From the human T2T-CHM13v2.0 reference genome, Homo sapiens, in NCBI RefSeq assembly GCF_009914755.1, contig NC_060945.1: DNA of 64,000 bases. One strand, given 5' to 3'. How positions within the stretch are numbered: position 1 is the stretch's first letter; each line of letters opens with the position of its first letter. Positions 41,646 to 56,636 of this stretch are shown here, in pieces. The notes below the pieces were generated by a model. It was not told where the DNA came from. It did no database searches and saw only the letters and a program-made list of their open reading frames with translations. A program made the position numbers and the translations under genes.

Positions 41646-44100
41646 AAATGACTTTTGTTTGCTTTGTTGAAGATCAGTTGGCTGTAAGTTTTGGGGTTTA
41701 TTTCTGGCTTCTCTCTTCTGTTCCATTGGTCTATATGCCTGTTTTTGAACAAGTACCATGCTGTTTTGGTGACTATGGCCTTATAGTACAGTTTGAAATC
41801 AGGTAGTGCATGCCTCCAGATTTGCTCTTTTTGCTTAGTCTTGCTTTCGCTATGTGGATCTTTTTTGGCTCCATATGATTGTAGAATTGTTTTTTCAAAT
41901 TCTGTGAAGAACAATGGTGGTATTTTGATGGGGATTGCATTGAATTTGTAGATAGCTTTTGGCAGTATGGTCATTTTCACAATATTGATTCTACCTATCC
42001 ATGAGCATGAGATGTGTTTCCATTTGTTTGTGTCATCTATGATTTCTTTCAGCCATGTTTTGTAGTTTTCCTTGTAGAGGTCTTTTGGCACCTGGTTATG
42101 TATATTCCTAAGTTTTTCGTTTGTTTGTTTTTTGCAGCTATTGTGAAAGGGGTTGAGTTCTTGATTTCAACCTCCACTTGGTCACTGTTGGTATACAGAA
42201 GAGCTACTGATGTGTGTACATTAATCTTTTATCTAGAAACTTTGCTGAATTCTTTCGTCAGTTCTAGGAGCTTTCTGGAGGAGTCCTTAGGGTTTTCAAG
42301 GTAAACGATCATATCATCAGCAAAGAGTGACAGTTTGACTTCCTCTTTACTGATTTGGATGAACTTTATTTCTTTCTCTTGCGTGACTGCTGTGGTTAGG
42401 ACTTCCAGTACTATGTTGAAAAGGAGTGGTGACAGTAGTCATCCTTGTCTTGTTCCATTTCTCAGAGGGAATGCTTTCAAATTTTCCCCATTCAGTATTA
42501 CACTGGCTGTGGGTTTGTCATAGTTGGCTTTTATTACATTAAGGTATGTCCCTTGTATGCCGATTTTGCTGAGAGTTTTAATCATAAAGTGATGCTAGAT
42601 TTTGTCGAAGGCTTTTTCTGTGTCTATTGAGATGATCATAGTGATTTTTGTTTTAAATTCTGTTTATGTGTTGTATCATATGTTAAACCATCCCTGGTAT
42701 GAAACTCACTTGATCATGGATTACTTTTTTGATATGTTGTTGGATTCAGTTAGCTAGTATTTTGTTAAGGATTTTAGCATCTGTGTTCATTGAGGATATT
42801 GGTCTGTAGTTTTCTTTTCTGGTTATGTCCTTTCCTGGTTTTGGTATTAGGGTGATGCTGGCTTCATAGAATGAATTAGGGAGGGTTCCTTCTTTCTCTG
42901 TCTTGTGGAATAGTGTCAAAAGGATTGGTACCAATTCTTCTTTGAATGTCTGGTAGAATTTTGTTGTGAATCTGTCTGGTCCTGGACATTTTTTGTTAGT
43001 AATTTTTAGATTACCATTTCAATATTGCTGCTTGTTATTGGTCAGTTCAGGGTATCTAATTCTTCCTCATTTAAGCTAGGAAGCTTGTTTTTTCCAGGAA
43101 TTTATCCATCTCTTCTAGGTTTTCTAGTTTACATGCATAAAGGTGTTAATAGTAGCCCTGACTTATCTTTTCTATTTCAGTGGTGTCAGTTCTGATATCT
43201 CCTGTTTCATTTCTTAGTGAGGTTTTTTGGATTTTCTCTCTTCTTTTCTTGGTTAATCTTGCTAATAGTTTGTCAACTTTATTTATCTTTTCAAAGAACC
43301 AGCTTTTTATTTTGTTTATCTTTTGTATATTTTTTGTTTCAGTTTCATTTAGTTGTGCTCTGATCTTGGTTATTTCCTTTCTTCTACTTGCTTTGGGTTT
43401 GGTTTGTTCTTGTTTCTCTAGTTCTTTGAGATGTGACCTTAGATTGTCTGTTTGTGCTCTTTCAAACTTTTTGATGTAGATGTTTATGGCTATGAGCTTT
43501 CTTCTTAGCATTACCTTTGCTGTATCCCAGAGGTTTTGATAAATTGTGTCATTCTTGTCATTCAGTTGGAAGAATTTTTTAATTTCCATCCTGAGTTTGT
43601 GTTTGACCCGATGCTCATTCAGGAGCAGGTTATTTAATTTTCATTTATTTGCATGGTTTTGAAGGTTCCTTTTGGAGTTGATTTCCAGTTTTATTCCACT
43701 GTGGTCTGACAGAGTGCTTAATATATTATCACTTTTCTTAAATGTAATGAGGCTCGTTTTATGGCCTATAATATAGTCAATACGGGAGAAAGTTCCACAC
43801 GCTGTTTAATAGAATGTGTATTCTGTGGTTGTTGGATGAAATGTTCTGTGTATATCTGTTAAGTCCATTTGTTCCGAGGTATAGTTTAAACCTGTTGTTT
43901 CTTTGTTGACTTTCTGTCTTGATGACCTACCTAGTGCTGTCAGTGGAGTATTGACATCCCCTACTATTGTTGTGTTGCTATATATCTCATCTCATTTCTT
44001 AGGTCTATTAGTAATTGTTTTATTAATTTCAGAGCTCCAGTGTTAGGTGCATATGTTTAGGATTGTGATATTTTCCTGTTGGACAAGGCCTTTTAGCATT
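41646..44100 (-). mobile_element. L1PB-type ORF2 fragment (EN linker and RT region), no 3' UTR
   Basis: ORF2p peptides [51 protein letters not shown]. Confidence 0.92.
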
Positions 44101-44101
44101 C

Positions 44102-44443
<342 letters not shown>

Positions 44444-44494
44444 TGACAGCTTACAATTGTCAATTATTTCTCTGACCCTTTAAAAGGTAGTCTT

Positions 44495-45188
44495 CCCTTA
44501 AGAGAAGGGGAGCATGCAGACGGACAGGTGCAGGAGCCAGAATGAGTGCCCCTGGTCTCCAGCCCCACAGCAGCGTCCAGGAGTGGGTGCCTGCAGCTCC
44601 GAAATCACAATGGGGTGAATGTTACAGTGCACTCTCTTAGATTTACCATCTACGGATGGCTTAAGTGTTAACCAGCTCAATGCCCTCTTGGTATCCAGGT
44701 CCTTGTCTGACATCCAGGAAGAATCAGGTCACACAAGGACTTGAAGGATGAATGCAGGAATGCAGGGGTTTTATTAAGTGGTGGAGGTGGCTCTCAGCAG
44801 GATGAATGGGGAACTGAAAAAGGGATGGAGTGGGAAGATGATATTCCCCTGGAGTTGACAGTCCAGCAGCTGATCTCCTCTCTGACTGCCCCCAGCCGAT
44901 TCCTATTGGCATTCAGGTGCTCCTTCTCTTCTCTCTGCCCCATTTTCCTGCCATCCTTCTGCTCTTCTGTTAGCCCTCTCGTCTGCTTGTCTGCTTCTGG
45001 AGCCTGGGGTCTGAGATTTATATGGGTACAGAATAGGGGGTTGTGGCAGGCCAAAAGACAACTTTTGGGTGCCAAAACTGGAATGTCTGTTCCCATTTGG
45101 GGTCACAGGTTTCCAGGCTTGAGGGCAGGGTCTTTGCCAGGGAACCACCCTCTTCTACCCAGTATTTCCCTGTCTCCTATCCATATCA
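44495..45188 (-). mobile_element. Solo LTR1-family (ERV1) LTR, 5' ~700 bp
   Basis: Minus strand tgatatggataggagacagggaaatactgggtagaagagggtggttccctggcaaag; preceded by CTAC on minus. Confidence 0.8.
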
Positions 45189-45721
45189 GTAGCACTGAGA
45201 TTTCTAAGGCTGGTATTTTAAAGAGGTTGAGGTAACCCTAGGGACATGGTCCAGGATTACCATGGCTAGAGTGTGATCAAGTTTTGGTGTGCTGGGTTGA
45301 ACAGAGACTTTTTCAGTTCTCACCCAGTTCCCATTATACTAAAGTTTACTGTACTTATCTACCAACTTGTTGACTTTCTTGTCCAACTTAACACTTGGAG
45401 TGTTAAGTTTGCAGAAGCATCTGGAACTCCAAATAGTCTTTGAGGAATTTTCTTTCTACTGATACAGTCTGTATATCTGGTGTACCCACCTACTATAGGT
45501 TGTGTTTCACAGGGATCATGTGGGTTTTTAGGGGCATAGAGCTGAAAGTGGGCTCAAGTACAGAGAGTCACTATTTATAGCCTCAAACCATTGTTTCCTT
45601 GTTAGATGTAAGATTTTTCCTTATGTGTTTATTTACAGACTCCTTCCTCATTTTTTTTTCCTTAGGAAATTTCTAACTTTTTTTACCTTCCATGCTTTCT
45701 ATTGGATGCATTCCTTTGTTT

Positions 45722-46025
45722 ATTTTTTTTAATATTATTTTAGTTTTTTGAGACGGGGTCTCACTCTGTTGCCCAGGCTGGGGGGCATTGGCGCAATTTT
45801 GTCTCACTGCAAGCTCTACCTCCCAGTTCATGCCATTCTCCTGTCTCAGCCTCCTGAGTAGCTGGGACTACAGGCACCCACCACTATGCTTAATTTTCTG
45901 TATTTTTAGTAGAGGTGGGGTTTCACCATCTTGGCCAGGATGGTTTCAATCTCCTGACCTCGTGATCCACCCGCCTGGGCCTCCCAAAGTGCAAGGATTA
46001 CAGGCATAAGCCACCGGGCCCAGCC
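45722..46025 (-). mobile_element. Alu (Y/Sc)
   Basis: Full dimer; TSD cattccttt. Confidence 0.92.
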
Positions 46026-46361
46026 ACATTCCTTTATTTCTATCAGACAGACCACTGTATGTTAGAAAGAACCTTAATTTTGGATAAGATTTTTACCTTT
46101 CATGGGCTAAAAGTCTCCATTAAAGAAAATTAATAGATAAATATATTAACATCTTGGTATTAGTTTATTTGAACCTGAGCTCATACTTGATCAGTGTTTT
46201 CAGCAATATTTAATTCTGCTTTTGTAGGTTTCACATTCTACTTGCAAAATAATGGATGATTATTACCTTATTATTATGATGATGTTTGTGAGTGAATTTT
46301 CAGGCATTTTTATTGGAATTTGTGATCACATTGAGAGCCATAAAACATTTTACATTTTTCA

Positions 46362-46739
<378 letters not shown>

Positions 46740-48739
46740 TTAGTTCTCTCATATATGCAATGGGGAGTCTCTGTTAAGTTTTTTGATTTATGAAATGATA
46801 CACAATGCCAGGAATGACACTAATTAAAATCTGTATATTTACTCATTTGAATCTTGACAATCATTCTTATTTAGATGAACCTCAGTCAAATAGTTAATAT
46901 TTAACATGTTTTCTTCAGGAATTTTTATTAGCAATGAGAATGTTAATTGAGGATGGCTGGGCTGATATTCTGTAAGAATTGTACCCTTTTATTGAATATT
47001 TAAACTAAGTTTAAGTATATATAAAAGATCAGATATTGCAACATGTTTCTGGTATTAATTTCCAAAAAACTTTTTATACGTGAAATTATGAAATGGTACT
47101 TCCTATAGTCTAGTACTAAAAATTTAAAAAAGTCTTTTATCATTCTTACTGCATAAAAATGCTTTAGTGAGTATTGTTAAGAAGAATAAACCAATCCACT
47201 TTAGTTTTCTTATCCCCGTGACTCATTTATGAACTTGATATTTCTCAGTGTAGCCCTACAACAATGTCTTTAAATTATGTAATTTTCTATGAATTCAACA
47301 AAAGAAACCTAAAAGTTGACTCTGAGCATTTTCTTGGCCTTCCTCATTTTGCGGTTGATTGTGGCCTACATAATTTCCCTGAAATGAGTCAGCTTCCAAA
47401 CAGTTTAGGATTCCAAGCCCTCTATATAGGCTGCTGCTCAATACCTGTTCTTTGCTCATTTCTACTGCCAATATATTTTGTTATAAAAATGAACCACATT
47501 TTTTGGCCAATAATAATATGTTTGCTATAAAGGTTATATTGCAAATTTCACTAGGTTCCATAAAGAACCTTATCATCACCATTGCTGTTTCTCTAAATAA
47601 ATATATGCATGAAAATTGTGTAGAGGGAGAAAGTTTTAAAACATTAATTATGTATATAGAAAGTTCCAACTGATATCTAGCAGAAACATGAATAATTTTT
47701 CAGTTTCATTCACCTAGTGTGCAAACTAGGATCAATCATAATGAAAAAAAAACCCTCCCCCAAAACAGCTACAGCTTCATTTTTCTCTTCTTCTCTGTAA
47801 TGAAGGCTCCAAGTTGACATAGATGGTAATAACAAAGAGGCCAGTTCTGAGAGCTGCCATCTGCATCATCCTGACCCCTTTCAACACACCTCATCTGAAA
47901 CGATAACTATAATTCCTGTCCTACATTACACTCTGCTGTAGTGCCACACATCTTTTAAAAGTATTAAGGAAACCATTCAGAGAGCATTATTGGAAAATAA
48001 GAGAGGGCAACTATTCTGGTCAACCAAGTAATGAGTTTTAATACTTCCCAGCAGTTACCTAAAATCCCAGCTGATTTCAAAGACTAAGAGGTAAAAGGGA
48101 AAAGGCTCAATGGCAGAGTGGGGAAGAGCTGGGGAGAAATCCTTTAGAGCTAATATGTTATCTGGCAGTGTTATCTTCCTCCACTTTTATCTGCAGTATT
48201 TCAACATACATAAATCTATTATAGTGTTGGAGAAAGGGCCCACTGTCTGAACTTTTATTCTTTTAGGAGAAACATCCATGTAAAGCTCTTTTGTAGATTA
48301 AGCAATTCAATTTTATGCATAGAGAATACCTAAATGGCCAAAAAAATTCTATTCTACTTAAAACTATACCATAATTAAAAAATAGTAAATAGCAATAGCA
48401 CTTTAAAATAAATTTAATCAATGAATATTCCTTGTCCATTTGTATAAAATACTTAAATAAAAAGTTTTGTAAAATGTTATGATATTTATCTGCTTTAAAA
48501 TATTTTACTATTAACTCAAACTTTTACCCTAGGACTGATTCATAGTTACACAACTTCAATGTTGAAGTAAAATCCTACGGCCTATCATGTGAATTTATAC
48601 AAATCATGTATGTAGTATGTAGGTTTTTTTTCTTTTTCAAATTAAGAATATCAGAAAATACAAAACAAAATTTTATTTATTATTCATTATTTCAGATCTG
48701 CAGTAAACAGAATCCTGCTCAGATAATTTGAGAAATTTT

Positions 48740-49158
48740 TCAAGTAAGAGTATGAATGAACGAATGTCGAGACATCTAGAGATTAGCAGCTGTGGGAAGT
48801 CATTGCCAGCTCTAAGCTGAAGAGCAAAGGAGGTAATAGCACTACAGGATCTGAAGAGTAATAGAGCCTTAAGGTAGTGGTCTTCCTCATTGGAACTGCA
48901 GTCATTGAAGGTATCAACCACTGACAGACAATGCTGCCAAATATGATAGGGAGTGGGGAACAAATACCCCAACCTTCCCTCTTGCCTTGTGATTGGCATG
49001 CCATTGCTCCCCATTTCCTGAACCCAGCAATCTGAAGCCAAATGGAAAGAAAGTCAGTAACACAATCCAAGGGAGTCAGCCTCTCAGAACAGAAAAAAGA
49101 ACATGAAAAGACAAAGACTTGATTGAGGTCAGAAGGCAAAATAAGAAACCCAACACAT
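48740..49158 (-). mobile_element. LTR33-like ERVL LTR
   Basis: ctagagattagcagctgtgggaag...aatctgaagcca...gtcagcctctcag. Confidence 0.5.
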
Positions 49159-49377
49159 CCATATTCCCAACACAAAGGCTTGACCACAAAGAATTAATAG
49201 CTGGTAAATTTTGCCTACAGCTATTTAACAAAAAATAAATATCACTCTATTTCTATATGCATGGTAAATTCCTGCATATACCATGCATATGGATTTTCAA
49301 AGATGTAAAAAATGCATAAAATCACAAATAGGAAGAAACAATTATTCCAAATATTTACACATGAAAGTAAGCATCAC

Positions 49378-49925
49378 TGTGATGGTTAATATTGAGTGTC
49401 AACTTGATTGGATTGAAGGATACGAAGTATTATTCCTGGGTGTGTCTGTGAGGGGGTTACCAAAGGAGATTAACACTTGAGTCAATGGACTAGGAGAGAC
49501 AGACCCACCCTCAATCTGGGTGGGCACCGTCTAACCAGCTGCCAGCACAGCTAGGATAAAAGCAGGCACAGAACATGAAAGGACTAGTCTGGCTAAGTTA
49601 TCTGGGCTCCATCTTTCTCCTGTGCTGGAGGCTTCCTGCCCTTGAACATCAGATCCCAAGTTATTCAGCTTTTGGACTCGTGCACATACCTCAGCGATTT
49701 GCCAGGTGTTCTCAGGCCTTCAGCCACAGACTGAAGGCTGCACTGCCGGCTTCTCTACTTTTGAGGTTTTGGGACTTTGACTTGCTTCCTGGCTCCTCAA
49801 CTTGCAGATGGCCTATTATGGGACCTCACCTTGTGATTGTGTGGGTCAATTTCCCTTTAAAACTCCCCTTCATATATTCATCTATCCTATTAGTTTCGTT
49901 TCTTTAGAGAACCCTGACTAATGTA
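49378..49925 (+). mobile_element. MLT2A (HERV-L) solo LTR
   Basis: tgtgatggttaatattgagtgtcaacttgattggattgaagg...tagagaaccctgactaat; 5-bp TSD atcac/atcat. Confidence 0.92.
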
Positions 49926-50429
49926 ATCATTAACTATGAGTGAACCTCATTTCAGATATTTTTCTATGGATATACACATATGGAAAAACAGACAAAGATA
50001 AACTTTTTGTTAATAAAAATGAGACTGTACTATATAAAGCTATTATAGTAAAATCAATGGATGGATTTATTTTACTTTAATTTATAAGAATAAAATATCT
50101 GAAATAAAACAAAATAAAGGAGTTCAAATAAATGTTTCCTTACCACAGTGCTGTTTTATATTTTTAAATAACCTAAAGTTTAGAAAATGTTTTACGCAGA
50201 TTAAAAGACATGCATTGTTAATGTAATCATAGTTTTCCATTTAAAAAATCTATTAACTTTTTGCTACAAACAAGGAAGATATTAGAATGTAGCATATTTC
50301 CATCTGTCTTCTGCTTATATCCCAACGTTTGTAAAATATATTATTCTATTTACATTATTCGGGTTTACTTTTTATATTGTTACATTCTGCAAAAATGTTT
50401 AGTTCTATTTTCAAGGAGAATAGGTTTTT

Positions 50430-50850
50430 ATCAGTGTAGGTGTTATAAGACTGTCTTTACTTGAATTCTTTGAGTCTTACATTCCATAAATTATTAGGGT
50501 CTTTCATGTTTTCAAATGTCTCCATGCCTTGTTGATACTTGAACCCTAACTTAGCTGGCTATACAATGATTGGGTCACATTTCTTTACCTTTTGAACTTT
50601 TAGAAGTTGCTTCATTGTCTTTAGCCACAACATACTGATGGCTGTGGAGAAAATATGGGACTCATCTGATTTGTCTTCTCTGTTTGTATTTTCTTTCTCT
50701 GCTCTAGATGCCTGATGAATGATACCTTTACCTTGAAATTTAATAGCCTGAAAAGGTTGTCTTGATGTTAGGTAACATGAATTAAAATTTTATGGTACAC
50801 CATCTGCAGTTTAAGTTTTTTACATTATTTCTTTTTACATCTCAATTTTA
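50430..50850 (-). mobile_element. Old L1M fragment
   Basis: ttagctggctatacaatgattgggtcaca...gttgcttcattgtctt...gctgtggagaa. Confidence 0.5.
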
Positions 50851-50975
50851 AGAGGTGTTGCAAAGAAATCACTGTAAATACAGAAGTAGCCCTCATGTTC
50901 CACCAAAGTCAATTAGAGTGTTTCATGGATGTGCATGAACCGGTAAATGTCAAGAAAGTTAAAAAACTGAACCCA

Positions 50976-51352
<377 letters not shown>

Positions 51353-52344
51353 TCAGACTTTTGAGTCATGTTTCAGGCCAAGAGGTGATGAGTTACCGTA
51401 GTTGCCTGAGCTGGGTGGTGAACTATTACCTGGCAACAAAACTGAAATAGAAGGTGGCTTAGTAAAATACAGATTCAGAATGAGTGCCTTGAGGTTAAGG
51501 CATATACGACCAAACTGATTTTCTTTTTCACAAGGTCTTCAGGTAAGGCCATTGTAGAAGATACTTTGGGAACTTCAGTAAGTTGCTTCACTTGTCTCAT
51601 ATTTTCATCTTCAGGATGGAGACTTGAGATTGAATTGTTGTGCAATTAGGTAAATTTTTACCCATTTTAAATATAATATTAAAATATTAATTACAAATTA
51701 CCTTATTTGAATCTGGAATAATATTTATTGCAGGGCATATAATCTAAGCTATAAATGTCCTGTTAGAAGAGAACATATTCATCTTGCTAAGGTATATGCT
51801 ATATGACTGGCACTGTGCTCAACTCAGAGTCACTGAATGAACAGTATTTATTTAATATATGAATGAGAGCACTTCAAGTATATAGAAAGATATCTCAAAA
51901 GCTTCAGCCTTACATTGCTCATAACTTCATTTCAGTGACTTAGATGAAAACCTCCTGAACATTTTTATCAATTTTATGGATACCCCAAATCATAAGGGAA
52001 TGTATATATCAATTAGATGATGAAATGGGGATGCAACTACGTCATGGCAGGCTAAAGAAATAGAATGACTTTGACAAGAGGAAATTACATAGAGGCACCT
52101 GAGTCTCCCAAACCAATTTCAAAGGTATGAGAGGGGGGTGATATAAATAAATAGTTGATAGATGAAAAAACTCAGAAGTTATAGTTGACAACAATTTTAA
52201 TATAATATGAAAAATGTGGTTGGACTTCTGGGAAAAAAAACTAATAAAATCTAATGGAAATTGGTGGTCCACTCATTTCTCCACCTATGATGTTAAAAAT
52301 ATTTCTTCTGGGTATGACATCCCAAAAGAGGTGTAGGCCTTCGA

Positions 52345-52760
52345 AATCATGCTCAGAAGGAAGATATCAGAGGGGTTAAAGGAAATTTGATGCCAGGTGT
52401 AAAATGTATTTCAAAGAACTGAACATGTGACACTAAGTAAAATTCTACTGGGTAAAGGCCAAATATCTCCAAACATATGAAGAGGTGTCATGTAAAAAGA
52501 TATTACATGTGATCTCTGTAGCCCCAGGGGTTCCTGCTGATCTAGGACATATGTACTGAAGTTATGAACAGAAATTTAAAAATCAGAGAATCCTAAACAT
52601 GAGAAGCATCACGTGGATGGCTCTGATGTGTAAATCGTCATCACTGGAAGTGTTCGAACGGGGCAGAATAACCCCCTTAAAAGGCTTTTAATAAAGTTAT
52701 CAAAAATTGTATAAATAATACAATTATTTTGAAGTCCTTTCTAAACTAAAATTATATAAC
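52345..52760 (+). mobile_element. L3/CR1 3' end
   Basis: tctccaaacatatgaagaggtgtcatgt...tctctgtagccccag...catcactggaagtgttc...gtcctttctaaac. Confidence 0.55.
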
Positions 52761-52809
52761 TATTAATACATCATTTCTTCCATTTTTTTAAGAATGTGAA
52801 AAATAATTT

Positions 52810-53000
52810 AACCTAGGCTACCTAGGTGTAAATCACGTTTCTACCAGTCCTTAGTTGTACAATATTGGACAAAGTATGTAAATTGTTAGCGTTTATGTTT
52901 CTTCACCTGTAAAATGACAATAAATGGGTTATTGAGGCTATCACATGAATTAATACCTGGAAGGTACAGTGACTGTCAGAGTAAAAATGCACATGCAACA
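52810..53000 (+). mobile_element. MIR
   Basis: gtttcttcacctgtaaaatg...gggttattgagg. Confidence 0.5.
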
Positions 53001-54059
53001 AAACTAGTTTTTAATATTTTGTGGAAAACATTGAAAAATTTGACTCAGCACTACTGTTCAATCCCTGCAGAAAACTAGATTGCCAGTGGAAGAGTCTTGA
53101 GAGGGACAAAATGCCGAAGGACAAAGATGAGCAAACTCAGTCACCTGACAATAACCACAGCACCTCAATTTGAGCTATGCCTGTTATATAGTGTCTCATA
53201 GTCACTGGTCCATAGTAAGTATAAAAAAATTGCGATCAAGTGAATATATACATTAATTAATATCAGGCTTCTCTATAAAATTTAATTCTTATGAAATGTG
53301 TCTGGTGCTGAAATACATTATAAAAATATCCCACTAATCTTAGTTCAATAGTTTGTTCATCAGAAATATCATTAAGATATCCGTTGGTAATAATTAGTAA
53401 TAAGACTTGATGCAGACTTAGTGCAGAACCAGGGCCATGAACCCTTATGATGAATGAAGAAAGGTATCATATCTTTCCACCCCTACATCCCATTGATGAC
53501 AGTTGACAAAGTAAAGAGTAAAACTGAATATACGGTGGTCCTCTAGCTAGTGTCCCTGGGGTCAGGTCCCTGGAGTATGTGGATCCTTCTCGATTTCACC
53601 CCTGATTTTACACTTCTCACCATTTTGCATTCGTTGAAATTCTTGTCTTTTAGTGTTGATGTCAAAGATCTCTCTCTCTCTCTTTGTGTTTATGTCAAAG
53701 ATCTTTCTCTCTGTCCATCTCTCTCTCACACACACACAGAAACACCCACACCACTCTTACTTTTCATTCTTATATTTAACTTTTATTTTCATCAAAATAT
53801 GTACATAGTTTTGAGTTAGATTTAGATTTTTTCCATAAAACAGGATTATCCCAATTCAATCCCATCTTTTTTTTTCCCCACTTTCAATCATGTTAACTAT
53901 TTTGATATTTACCTTCAGAAGTCAAACAACATAACTTAGCATCATATGTTTCCTCCCATTTTGGAAAGTGAAGATTTATCTCTCAACTCTCTATTCAGTT
54001 CTCATTTTGGGATTTTCTGTAAGCATAATTCTAGCATTATTTTAATGTATGTTTAAACA

Positions 54060-54168
54060 AGGTAGAATCTTTTTGTGTTTGTTCACTGATGTATCTAAAG
54101 CATTCCCAGCAGTAAAGATAGGTATAAGAAAGATATTTAATAAATAATTTTTGAACTGATGAATGAAT
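54060..54168 (+). mobile_element. L2 3' end
   Basis: tttgttcactgatgtatc...taataaataatttttgaactgatgaatgaa. Confidence 0.55.
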
Positions 54169-54169
54169 C

Positions 54170-55330
54170 CTGACTTTTCTTGTCTTTTACTTCTTTTATT
54201 TGACTATCTTGTTCATTTAGCCTATGTCTTCCTCTTCCTTGTTTTATTCCCTTCATTGGCCGAACACAACCCCCAAAAGCTTTAAAAGAAAGAGTGTATA
54301 CATGGTTTTTAATTTTGTTTTTGTGTTTAAAACATTAAATGTATCAAAATTCTTTTATTCTATATTTAAACTTGAATAATTCTTTATCTAGGTATAGGAT
54401 TCTAGGTTGGAAATCATATTCCCTTAGAATTTTGTAGTTATTGATCTATTGTTTTTAAATATCTTCACTGTACTTTCACTTTTGGTGAGAGCTTGGCAGG
54501 GTTTGGAAATATAGATTGAAAGTAAATTTCCCCTATGATAGGAGTATTTGCTTTATTGTATTCTAGTTTTAGCATTTAGGTAAAAATGCCAATGGCAGTC
54601 ATCATTGACCTTGTATGTGTTTGTTCTTTTTCTCTGGAAGCTATGGACTCTTCTATTTTCTCTAGTGTTCCAAGGCCTTAAAAACCTTTGTCTTAGTCTG
54701 CATTTATTTTTTAACCATTGTACTGGTTAAAATGGACCCTTTTAATCTGAACAGTTCTATGTGCCCAATTCTCAGAAAGTTTCTTCAATTGACTGGATGA
54801 TTTTCTCTCTTCATTTTTCTCTACCAAATTATTTGGATATTGAATCTACTACACTGAGTCATTCCAAAATTACAATTCTTTACCTTTGATTTTTAAGTCC
54901 TTCCAGTTTGTACTGTATGTTGTATGAGGTTTTCTCAAGTTTACCTTCCAATCTTTGTATTAATTGTTTTATTTCTACCTGTCCAATTCTCAGGAACTTT
55001 CTTCAATTGACTGAATGATTTCCTCTCTTCATTTTTCTCTATCAAATTACTTGGATATTGAATCTACTGGATTGATTGATTCTAACATTATAATTCTTTA
55101 CCTTTGATTTTTAAATCCTTCCAGTTTATACTGTATGTTGTTTATCTTCTAATCTTTTTATTGATTGTTTCCTTTCTATTATAGATGCCATTTCTGAGAC
55201 CTTTTCTATTCTCTGGTGTTTGTATCATCCTCTTCTTGTTTTATGGATGCATTATCTTCTCTTCTCTCTCTGAGGTGATTAAATGGCTAAAACGCAAAAC
55301 TTTGGGGAAGACTTGCACGAGTCTTTCAGG
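54170..55330 (-). mobile_element. Old L1ME fragment
   Basis: ggtataggattctaggttggaaatcatattcccttagaatttt; tttctctggaagct. Confidence 0.6.
54763..55180. repeat. ~218-bp tandem duplication (2 copies)
   Basis: ccaattctcag...tttcttcaattgact...ttggatattgaatctact...ctttacctttgatttttaa starts at 54763 and 54981; second copy lacks ~18 bp. Confidence 0.9.
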
Positions 55331-56285
55331 TAGATTAGTTGCTTTCTCTGATGGGTATCCAAAGATATGTGATTATATCTATCTGTTTTATGTATGTTCT
55401 ATTATAATTTTCCCATTATTTAATGTTATCTATAAATTCCCAAGCTGTAAATCTTAGTAGAACTCACATTATATTTATATGTGTTCCTCACCATACTCTA
55501 AAATGCTCAAGTCATAAGCTTTCTTAATCTTTTTTGAATAAGGAATGGAAAAATTCACACAAAATACATACTTGCTTTTACCTTGTTTATAATTCTATCT
55601 TTAGCAGTCAGCAAAGTGCATGTTATGCTTTATATTCTCAGGATACAACTTACCAACAAATTGATGGAATTTGAAAGATTTTTTTTTTGCTTATAAAACA
55701 TTTTGGTGGCCCTAAATTTTCAAGCATGTGCTTTGTACTTAGGAAGCAATTCACCCATTTATTTGGCAACAGTATTTCTTTCGTATCTACTTGGTGCTAT
55801 GGAGAAGTAAATTAAAACAAAGTTTAAAAAATCTTCTCAATTTAATTATCCAATTACTTAGTTCATTATGAATATGTGCAAATCCGAATTGAATAAATAA
55901 ACAATTCCATGAGGACAGAGGCTCTGCTATTTTACTTGTAATTACACTTATAGCTCTCATGGCATCTATTTATTGTCAGACATTGTTTTTCTATGTAGAT
56001 ACAGTCTAGAGTAGATAATTATTAGATGCAGCCAAAATTTAAAAAGAAATTAAAGAAACCTTGTTTTAAGCTGAAGATTGCACAAATTACTTCTTCTCTA
56101 AATACTGTCTGATACCCACCATTCTACATAAATAATTTTTACATAGTTGCTCATTGCCTAAAAAAAAATGTTTGCCCCTGTGAGACATCGATGCATCAAT
56201 AGTGCTTCATTATAATGACAGCTTCAAGCCACAGTATTTTTCCGCACTTTTTTAGTTCTACGCTCTCTTAAAACTAGTCTACCTA

Positions 56286-56591
<306 letters not shown>

Positions 56592-56636
56592 CTAGTCTAC
56601 CTCTTCCCTTAGAAACTTTGCATCATTTAACAACTT

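Noticed and set aside
41594-43589. ORFs of 165, 62 and 147 aa with RT/EN-like peptides
   Set aside because: Frameshifted L1 ORF2 remnants, non-functional
44741-45235. 164-aa ORF
   Set aside because: Antisense LTR1 sequence
45385-45409. Perfect short hairpins (11 bp here; also 2276-2297, 35344-35366, 49255-49290)
   Set aside because: Stems of 9-12 bp are near chance expectation in 64 kb of AT-rich DNA; no supporting context
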